A stretch of DNA of 64,000 nt from Deltaproteobacteria bacterium (lineage in GTDB: Bacteria; Myxococcota; Kuafuiibacteriia; Kuafuiibacteriales; Kuafuiibacteriaceae). Under the pieces are notes generated by a model. That model had not been told where the DNA came from, did no database searches, and saw nothing but the letters and a program-made list of their open reading frames with translations. Numbering within the stretch: the first letter of the stretch is position 1; each line of letters opens with the position of its first letter. Below, in pieces: positions 56,663-64,000 of this stretch. The stretch spans positions 384,001-448,000 of the forward strand of contig JAVJQW010000017.1 of NCBI GenBank assembly GCA_040218735.1. The letters are read 5' to 3'. A program made the translations under genes and the position numbers.

Positions 56663-57853
56663 GTGCGCATCTGCATCATCGGCGCCGGCATCGCCGGCCT
56701 CGTCGCCGCCCGCCAGCTGAAACGCCGCGGCGCCGACGTCACCGTCCTCGAAGCCGCCGACACCGCCGGCGGCAAGTGCCACAGCCTCCGCCGCTTCGGA
56801 CGCATCTACGAGCTCGGGGCGCTCGGCGTCTTCGGGACGTACCACCGCACCCGCGCCTACCTCGACGAGCTCGGCATCGAGCTCACCCCCTGCGACACCC
56901 TCGTCGACGCCCGCGGCGCCCCGGTCCGCCGCGTCCGCCACGGCCCCGAGGACCAAACCTGGTTGCTCGCGCTCGCCGACGAGCTCGGCGATGCCGACCT
57001 CGTGACCGACCACAGCCAGGTCGCCCCCCTCGAGCTGCACCTCCCCATACAGAGCTGGCTCGAACGACGCGGTCTCTGGCCCATCCCGCCGCTCCTCACC
57101 TGGGGCTACCAGGCCTGCGGCTACGGCTTCGTCACCGAGGACATCGCCGCGCTCTACCACCTTCGCATCATGTCGCTGTGTCGGGGCGTCATCGACACCG
57201 TGCGCGGCGGTTACCAAGAGCTCTGCACCCGCCTCGCGGAGACACTCCCGGTTCGAACGTCGTGCGCGGTCCGCCGCATCACCCGCGGCGACACGATCCG
57301 TATCACGACCGACGAAGGCACGACCGAAGCCGACGCCCTCGTCGTCACACCCGCGCCCGGCACCGCGCTCGAGCTTGTGGACGTCGACGACGAAGAACGT
57401 GCCGTCCTCGAAGCCTTCCGGAGCCAGGACTACGTTAGCGCCCTCGTCGAAGCGGAGAACCTCTCCGACGACGTGGGTCTCACCTTCGTCTCCGATCGCC
57501 AGACCTCGGCCGACCGGGGTCATGTCGTGATCTACCTGAAACCCGGAGCCGACCGCCCGCTGTACTCTGTATGGCAGTACAGCACCGGCAACGACGAGGC
57601 CGACGCCGCGTGCCTCGAAGCCGACGTCCGCGATCTCGGTGCGACCTCTGTGCGTACTCTCGCGCGCCGCCGCTGGACGGACTACTTCCCCTACCTCCCC
57701 CCCGCCGCGCTCGCCGCCGGGTTCGGCGTCCGCCTCGACGCTCTCCAGGGCCACCGACGTACGTTCTGGGTCGGCGGCGCCTACTCGATGGAGATCGTCG
57801 AGGCCGCAATCCGTCACGCCGAGGCCGTCGCCAACACCCACGACTTGGGTTGA
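56663..57853 (+). CDS. FAD-dependent oxidoreductase resembling polyunsaturated fatty acid isomerase (PAI)
   Basis: IIGAGIAG, GGKCHS..GRIYELGA, W.DYFP, LQG.RRTFWVG. Confidence 0.8.
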   Translation: MRICIIGAGIAGLVAARQLKRRGADVTVLEAADTAGGKCHSLRRFGRIYELGALGVFGTYHRTRAYLDELGIELTPCDTLVDARGAPVRRVRHGPEDQTWLLALADELGDADLVTDHSQVAPLELHLPIQSWLERRGLWPIPPLLTWGYQACGYGFVTEDIAALYHLRIMSLCRGVIDTVRGGYQELCTRLAETLPVRTSCAVRRITRGDTIRITTDEGTTEADALVVTPAPGTALELVDVDDEERAVLEAFRSQDYVSALVEAENLSDDVGLTFVSDRQTSADRGHVVIYLKPGADRPLYSVWQYSTGNDEADAACLEADVRDLGATSVRTLARRRWTDYFPYLPPAALAAGFGVRLDALQGHRRTFWVGGAYSMEIVEAAIRHAEAVANTHDLG

Positions 57854-57889
57854 GCGCGACCTGTGACGGTGCGAGGAGTGTCGAGTTCG

Positions 57890-60800
57890 ATGAAGCCCAG
57901 CGTACGTTCTCTCGTCGACCACCTCGTCAGCAACCGCGAGCTGCGTCCTGACCAGCAAGTCTTCCGCTTCCTCGACAACGGTGACGCGGAGGGCCCCGCC
58001 ACCTGCTGGACCCACGGCGAGCTGTACGACAAAGCCGCCGCCGTCGCGCAATACATCGAAGACGAAGGCCTCGTCGGCGAGCGCATCCTGCTGCTCTACC
58101 TCCCGTGCGTCGATTACGTCGCCGGCTTTGTCGGCTGCCTCGCCGCGGGTGCCGTCGCGGTTCCCGCCTACCCGCCCGACCCCATGCGCCTGTCGCGCAC
58201 CGTGCCTCGACTCCAAGCGATCGCCGACGACGCGCAGGTCGCCGCGATGTTCACCACCGCACCGCTGAAGATGATGCTCCCGATGCTCGCGGAGCACGCC
58301 CCGAAGCTCGCTTCGATGAAGTGCGTCGCGACCGACGAGCTCGACCTTGCGCGCGCTCGCGTTTGGACGCCGAAGCCGGTCGACGGTGACGCCCTCGCGT
58401 TCCTCCAGTACACCTCCGGCTCCACCGGCTCGCCGAAGGGCGTGATGATCACGCAGCGGAACCTCATCGAGCAGACCCGCATCGGCTGCGAGCGCACCGG
58501 GGGTACCCACGATAGTCACGTCGTGAACTGGCTCCCGCAGTACCACGACCTCGGCCTCGTCACCGGCTTCCTCATCCCCATCTACCTCGGCATCCAGTCC
58601 ACCGTGCTGTCGCCGATCGACTTCCTCAAGAAACCGATCCGCTGGATGGATGCGATCTCCAAGTTCGGCGGCACCCACGCGGGCGGCCCCGACTTTGCGT
58701 TCGCTCTCTGCGCACGCAAGGCCACTCCGGAGGATCTGGAGCGCCTCGACCTGTCGACCTGGCAGTGCGCGTTCAACGCCGCCGAGCCACTACGCGCGAG
58801 CACCATCGATCTCTTCAATGGAACGTTCGCCCCCACCGGCCTCCGCCCCGAGGCGATGATGCCCGGCTACGGCCTCGCCGAAGCGACGATGGGCGTCACG
58901 TGGGCGCCGCTGCGCACCGAGCCCACTCGCGTCACGGTCGATCCCGACGCCCTCGCCGACGGCCGCGTCGTACGTGCGAACGAAGGCGTCACGCTGTTCG
59001 GACACGGCCCGGCCGGGGACTTCGACGTCGCGATCGTCAACCCGCAGTCCCTCGAACGCGTCGGGCCGGACGCGATCGGCGAGATCTGGGTGCGCGGCCC
59101 GAGCGTCGGGCTCGGCTACTACGGCCGCCCCGAACAGAGCGAAGCCACCTTCGGCGCACGCATCGCCGGCACCGGCGAAGGCCCGTACATGCGCTCGGGC
59201 GACCTCGGCACGGTGCTGAACGGCGAGCTCTACATCACCGGCCGCATCAGCGACCTCATCATCCTGCGCGGCAAGAACTACTACCCGCAGGACATCGAGT
59301 ACGCGGCCGAGCTGTCGCACTCCGCCGTGCGCCCCGGGTGCGGCGCGGCGTTCTCACTCGACGTGGACGACGAGGAGCGCCTCTTCGTCGCCTTCGAGAC
59401 CAAACCCGGCGTCGACCCGGACGAAGTCGTCACCGCGATACGCGAGCGCATCGTCGCCGACCACGACATCGCGCCCTACTCGATCCTCCTCCTCGCCCCG
59501 CGCTCCGCACCCAAGACCTCCTCGGGAAAGATCCAGCGCCGCCGCCTCGCCCGCCAGTACGAAGCCGGCGAGCTCGACGTCGTGCACGTGTGGACGCGCC
59601 CCGCCTCCGCCGCGCCGCGCGTCACCGCGGCGAACCTTCGTGCGTGGCTCGTCGACAAGGTGACCGCGCTGTCCGGCGTGCGCCCCGACGAACACGCGAC
59701 GTTCGCGAGCTTCGGGATCGACTCCGCGGAAGGTGTTCGGCTCGTCGCCGAGCTCGAACGCGAAGCCGGCCGAACGCTCAGCCCGAGCGTCATCTACGAC
59801 CACCCCACGATCGACGCGCTCGTCCGCCACCTCGGCGCAAACGGCCACGCGCCGGCGGCCGCGGTCGAAGCGAAGAACGAGCCGATCGCGATCGTCGGCA
59901 TCGGCTGCCGCATGCCCTCCGCCGACGGCCCGGACGCCTTCTGGCGCCTCCTCGAGGACGGCGTCGACGCCGTGCGCGAGGTCCCGAAGGACCGCTTCGA
60001 CGCCGACGCGATCTACGACCCGGACGCCACCGCCGCGGGCCGCCTGTCGACGAAGTGGGGCGCGTTCCTCGACGACGTCGATCGCTTCGACGCCGCCTAC
60101 TTCGGCGTCGCGCCGCGCGAAGCCGAGACGATCGACCCGCAGCAGCGCCTCCTCCTCGAAGTCACGGTAGACGCGCTCGAGGACGCCGGCATTCCGCCGT
60201 CGTCACTCGCCGAGACCCACACCGGGACGTTCGTCGGGATCAGCAGCGCCGAGTACGGGATGTTCCAGTTCTCGGATCCGGAGCGCATCGGACCGCACAC
60301 CGGCACCGGCAGCGCGATGAGCATCGCCGCGAACCGGATCGCGTACGCGTTCGATCTGCGCGGGCCGAGCTTCGCAGTCGACACCGCGTGCTCCTCGTCG
60401 CTCGCCGCGGTGCACCTCGCGGTGCAGAGCCTCCGCAACGGCGAGTCGACGCTCGCGATCGCGGGCGGCGTCTCGTTGATCCTCACCCCCGCGATCACGA
60501 TGAGCTTCTCGCGCGCCTCCGCGATGGCGGCCGACGGGCGATGTAAGACGTTCGACGCACGCGCGGACGGCTACGTGCGCAGCGAAGGCGTCGGCGTCGT
60601 GGTGCTCAAACCGCTGTCGCGCGCGAAGGCCGACGGCGACCGCATCCACGCCGTCATCCGCGGCTCCGCCGTCGCGCAAGACGGACGCACGAACGGCCTG
60701 ATGGCCCCCAGCCGGCGCGCGCAGGAACGCGCGCTCCGCGCCGCGTGCGCCGACGCCGCGGTTCGCCCCGAGGACGTCACCTACGTCGAAGCGCACGGCA

Positions 60801-63800
60801 CTGGCACCGCGCTCGGCGACGTCATCGAAGCGGAGGCGATCTCCGCCGCGATGCGCCCGAAGGGCGGCGACGTGTGCCTCGTAGGCTCCGTGAAGAGCAA
60901 CCTCGGTCACCTCGAAGCCGCCGCTGGCGTCGCCGGGTTGATCAAGACCGCGCTCGCGCTGGAGCACGGATCGCTCCCCGCGAGTCTGCACTTCGACACG
61001 CCCAACCCGAAGATCGACTTCGACGCGCTCTCGCTTCGCGTCGTCGCCGAACGAACGTCCTGGCCCGAAGCGCGTCCGCGCATCGCGGGCGTGAGCAGCT
61101 TCGGGTTCGGCGGGACGAACGTACACGCGATCCTCGAAGCCGCTCCAGCGCCCGAGGTGTCGGACCGCGCCGGCCCCTACGTCCTCCCCGTCTCCGCGAA
61201 GACCCCCGAAGCGCTCGCCGCGCGGGTGGAGCGTTTGCAAGGTGAGTTGACGAAGCGCTCCGACGTCGCAGCGCTCTGCGACACCGCCGCCGTTCGACGC
61301 GACCACCTCCCCTACCGCGCCGCGTTCTACGGTGCCGACCGCGACGCCCTGCTCGGGGACCTCGCGACGTTCCGCCCGAGCGCCCCCGCGATGTCGCCGC
61401 CGCCCGTGGTGTTCGTGTTCGCGGGTCAGGGCGGACAGTGGGCGACGATGGGGAAGCGCCTCCTCGAAACCTCGCCGGTGTTCGCCGAGACCATCGCGTC
61501 CGTGGCCGACGTCTTCGGACCAGAGGTGGAGTGGTCGATCGAGGCGGTCCTCCGCGGTGAGGTCGAGCTCGACGCGATCGACGTCGTGCAGCCCGCGATC
61601 TTCGCCGTCGAAGTCGGCGTCGCGTCCGTGCTGCGCGCATGGGGCGTACACCCCGCGCAGGTGATCGGTCACAGCATGGGCGAAGTCGCCGCGGCCTACG
61701 TCGCGGGTGCCTTGTCGCTCGCCGACGCCGCCGCGGTGATCTGCCGCCGCAGCAAGCTGATGAAGACGCTCTCCGGACAGGGCGCGATGTTGTTCGCGGA
61801 GCTGACGAGAGAAGAGGCATCCGAACATGCCGCCGCGCACGACGCCGTCTCCCTCGCCACCTCCAACGGACCACGCGCGAGTGTCCTCGCCGGCGACCGC
61901 GACGCGCTCGAGGAGATTCGAACCAAGCTCGACGACGCGGAGATCTACACACGCTGGGTCGACGTCGACGTCGCCTCGCACAGCCCGATGGTCGACCCGC
62001 TGACGACGCCGCTCACGGAGGCGCTCGCCGGCCTGCGACCGCGCGTACCTGCGCTCCCGTTCTGGTCGACCGTGAAGAACGCACCGATCGAGGACGCCGC
62101 GCTCGACGCGAAGTACTGGGTCGACAACCTCCGGCAGCCGGTGCTCTTCCACGACGCCGTGCTCGCGGCCCCGGAGGGCGCGGTGTTCGTGGAGATCGGT
62201 CCGCACCCGACGCTCCTCCCCTCGGTCGGGACCACGCGCGACGCCCCCGCGATCGCGACGCTGCGTCGAAACGAAGACGACGAGCTCGCGCTCGCGCGTG
62301 CGACGGCGGAGCTGTACGCAGCCGGCGTCGACTTCGACTGGGAGGCGCGCGGCGCGCGCACGGACGTCGTCGCTCCGCTTCCGCGGTACCCGTGGCAACG
62401 CGAGAGGTTCTGGTCGCCGTCCGCCACCGGGACGATCGTGCGCGGCGCGACGGGCGCGACGCTTCAGCACCCGTGGCTCCACACGGAGGTGGTCGTCGCC
62501 GGCACGGCGGAGCGTGTGTTCGAAGGGACGTTGGATCGCCAACGCCACCGATGGCTCGAAGACCACCGCGTCGGCGGGCGCGTCGTCGTACCGGGGACGG
62601 CGCTCATCGAGGCCGTGTCGTTCGCGTCGGACCGCGCGATCCTCGAGATCGACTTCGAGCTCCCCATCGAAGCGGACGACGCCGTTCGGATCCAGCTCGC
62701 GATCGACGGAGACCAGTTCGAGGTCTTCGCGGATCAGGACGGCTGGGTGCGCCACGCGAGCGGTCGCCTGGGCGGTGTCGAGGTCCCCGCAGCGCCGACG
62801 ATCGCGACGACCAAAGAGGTGGAGCCGTCGGTCTACCGAGAGCGCCTCGCACAAGCCGGCATCACGTACGGCGACGCGTTCCTCTGCGTCTCGGATCTGA
62901 AGATCGGCGTGTTCTCTACCGCGACGATCACCGCGCCTTCGATCGACGAAGCCGGTGTCTGCACCGCGACGCTCGACGCGCTCCTCCAGCTCGCCGCCGT
63001 GACGAACAAACTCGGCGTGCTCGCGCGTGCGAAGGACGTCGTCGTGCTCCGCCGCCCCGAGCGCGGCGCAAAGTACGAAGCCCGCGCGGGAGCTGAAGGG
63101 GCCTGGCTCCTCGACGGCGACGAGGTGATCGCGTTCGTCCGACGCGTCGTCGCGCAGCCGTACGAACGCGGCGTCGTGGGTTACACGGTGGAGTGGCGCA
63201 GGACCGAGACCTCCGGGACGGCGCACCGTCGCGTCCTTGTGCTGGGCGACGCGGCGCCCTTCACCGCAAACGGGCACGCGGCTCGCGCGACATCCCTCGA
63301 CGATCTGAGCGCGGCGCTCCGTGAAGGCGCCGACGCCATCGTCGCGTTCGTCCCCGAAGACCGCGAACGACGCGACGCCGACTTCGCGCTCGACGTCGTC
63401 CACACCATCGCCAAGGCGGGCCTGCGTGACGCACCGCGACTCTTCGTGGTCACGGAAGGCGCCGCCCACGTCCCCGCGCACAAACGGCCCATCGCGCTGC
63501 ACCACGCCGCGACGGTCGGCTTCGTGCAGACGCTCGCAAACGAACACCCGGAGCTCGCGCCGGTGTGGTTCGACCGCGATCCCGACCGCCGCGGCCCGAG
63601 CCTCGAATCACTGGCCCGGCTCGTCGGCTCGGACTCGAAGGAGAGCCGCGTCGCGTTCCGCGACGACGCGCTGTTCGCCGCCCGCCTCGCGCCGACCCGA
63701 CACCTGGAGGGCCCGCCCGTCGTATCGCCGAACGCTGAGTTCAGACTCGAGAGCTCCGAGCCCGGAATCGATCGGCTCGCCTACGCGAAACACACGCCGA

Positions 63801-64000
63801 GGGTGGATCGCGGCGAGGTCTTGGTCCGCGTGAAAGCGGCGGGCGTCGCGTTCTCCGACGTGATGAAGGCGCTCGGCATCTACCCCGGCGACGGCGCGGA
63901 CGTCCTCGGCGGCGAGTGCGCCGGGACGGTCGAAGCGATCGGCCCCGGCGTCACGAACGTCGCGGTCGGCGACGAGGTCGTCGCCGTCGGTCCGCACGCC
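57890..64000 (+). CDS. Type I PKS FAAL-ACP-KS-AT-DH-(KR structural)-ER, truncated at the window end (not in ORF track)
   Basis: ATG 57890 with GAGGAG upstream; FLQYTSGSTGSPKG, GYGLAE, PKTSSGKIQR; GIDS ACP; EPIAIVG, DTACSSS, HGTGT, NLGH; GQG, GHSMG, VASH; HRVGGRVVVP; LGGECAG. KS (59879) and ER (63830) checked in frame. Confidence 0.93.
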   Translation, partial: MKPSVRSLVDHLVSNRELRPDQQVFRFLDNGDAEGPATCWTHGELYDKAAAVAQYIEDEGLVGERILLLYLPCVDYVAGFVGCLAAGAVAVPAYPPDPMRLSRTVPRLQAIADDAQVAAMFTTAPLKMMLPMLAEHAPKLASMKCVATDELDLARARVWTPKPVDGDALAFLQYTSGSTGSPKGVMITQRNLIEQTRIGCERTGGTHDSHVVNWLPQYHDLGLVTGFLIPIYLGIQSTVLSPIDFLKKPIRWMDAISKFGGTHAGGPDFAFALCARKATPEDLERLDLSTWQCAFNAAEPLRASTIDLFNGTFAPTGLRPEAMMPGYGLAEATMGVTWAPLRTEPTRVTVDPDALADGRVVRANEGVTLFGHGPAGDFDVAIVNPQSLERVGPDAIGEIWVRGPSVGLGYYGRPEQSEATFGARIAGTGEGPYMRSGDLGTVLNGELYITGRISDLIILRGKNYYPQDIEYAAELSHSAVRPGCGAAFSLDVDDEERLFVAFETKPGVDPDEVVTAIRERIVADHDIAPYSILLLAPRSAPKTSSGKIQRRRLARQYEAGELDVVHVWTRPASAAPRVTAANLRAWLVDKVTALSGVRPDEHATFASFGIDSAEGVRLVAELEREAGRTLSPSVIYDHPTIDALVRHLGANGHAPAAAVEAKNEPIAIVGIGCRMPSADGPDAFWRLLEDGVDAVREVPKDRFDADAIYDPDATAAGRLSTKWGAFLDDVDRFDAAYFGVAPREAETIDPQQRLLLEVTVDALEDAGIPPSSLAETHTGTFVGISSAEYGMFQFSDPERIGPHTGTGSAMSIAANRIAYAFDLRGPSFAVDTACSSSLAAVHLAVQSLRNGESTLAIAGGVSLILTPAITMSFSRASAMAADGRCKTFDARADGYVRSEGVGVVVLKPLSRAKADGDRIHAVIRGSAVAQDGRTNGLMAPSRRAQERALRAACADAAVRPEDVTYVEAHGTGTALGDVIEAEAISAAMRPKGGDVCLVGSVKSNLGHLEAAAGVAGLIKTALALEHGSLPASLHFDTPNPKIDFDALSLRVVAERTSWPEARPRIAGVSSFGFGGTNVHAILEAAPAPEVSDRAGPYVLPVSAKTPEALAARVERLQGELTKRSDVAALCDTAAVRRDHLPYRAAFYGADRDALLGDLATFRPSAPAMSPPPVVFVFAGQGGQWATMGKRLLETSPVFAETIASVADVFGPEVEWSIEAVLRGEVELDAIDVVQPAIFAVEVGVASVLRAWGVHPAQVIGHSMGEVAAAYVAGALSLADAAAVICRRSKLMKTLSGQGAMLFAELTREEASEHAAAHDAVSLATSNGPRASVLAGDRDALEEIRTKLDDAEIYTRWVDVDVASHSPMVDPLTTPLTEALAGLRPRVPALPFWSTVKNAPIEDAALDAKYWVDNLRQPVLFHDAVLAAPEGAVFVEIGPHPTLLPSVGTTRDAPAIATLRRNEDDELALARATAELYAAGVDFDWEARGARTDVVAPLPRYPWQRERFWSPSATGTIVRGATGATLQHPWLHTEVVVAGTAERVFEGTLDRQRHRWLEDHRVGGRVVVPGTALIEAVSFASDRAILEIDFELPIEADDAVRIQLAIDGDQFEVFADQDGWVRHASGRLGGVEVPAAPTIATTKEVEPSVYRERLAQAGITYGDAFLCVSDLKIGVFSTATITAPSIDEAGVCTATLDALLQLAAVTNKLGVLARAKDVVVLRRPERGAKYEARAGAEGAWLLDGDEVIAFVRRVVAQPYERGVVGYTVEWRRTETSGTAHRRVLVLGDAAPFTANGHAARATSLDDLSAALREGADAIVAFVPEDRERRDADFALDVVHTIAKAGLRDAPRLFVVTEGAAHVPAHKRPIALHHAATVGFVQTLANEHPELAPVWFDRDPDRRGPSLESLARLVGSDSKESRVAFRDDALFAARLAPTRHLEGPPVVSPNAEFRLESSEPGIDRLAYAKHTPRVDRGEVLVRVKAAGVAFSDVMKALGIYPGDGADVLGGECAGTVEAIGPGVTNVAVGDEVVAVGPHA

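Noticed and set aside
56648-63547. 676-aa and 1114-aa minus-strand ORFs
   Set aside because: Antisense to the flavoenzyme and PKS, whose motifs are on the plus strand.

Overview
GC-rich (roughly 70% by eye), gene-dense bacterial DNA with a Myxococcota/deltaproteobacterial look: three Ser/Thr kinases, a giant TPR protein, OmpA/TSP3, vWA and beta-propeller lipoproteins, and a type I PKS. Most long ORFs in the supplied track are antisense or off-frame shadows. About 48 real CDSs are called, including two edge-truncated genes the track misses (1-694 minus; FAAL-PKS 57890->64000 plus). The main finding is a tightly coupled 12-gene operon (9793-22452). It encodes a flagellar-type MotA/MotB stator, followed directly by a 597-aa single-pass protein that reads by eye as a FliF-like ring-building domain fused to FliG middle and C-terminal rotor domains. 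It also encodes paired CxxC outer-membrane proteins, lipoproteins, a beta-barrel and a TonB/GltG-like transducer, with no flagellar export, rod, hook or flagellin genes in the window. This is a candidate flagellum-independent rotary envelope motor. Other points: an in-frame palindromic insert in a pseudouridine synthase, a low-GC Schlafen/AlbA_2 gene, a triad of small basic proteins, a PAI-like flavoenzyme with a FAAL-ACP-KS-AT-DH-ER PKS, several apparent pseudo-enzyme domains, and a 75-bp coding tandem repeat. No rRNA, tRNA, CRISPR array or transposase was recognised. All family assignments come from motif recognition by eye, not database searches.
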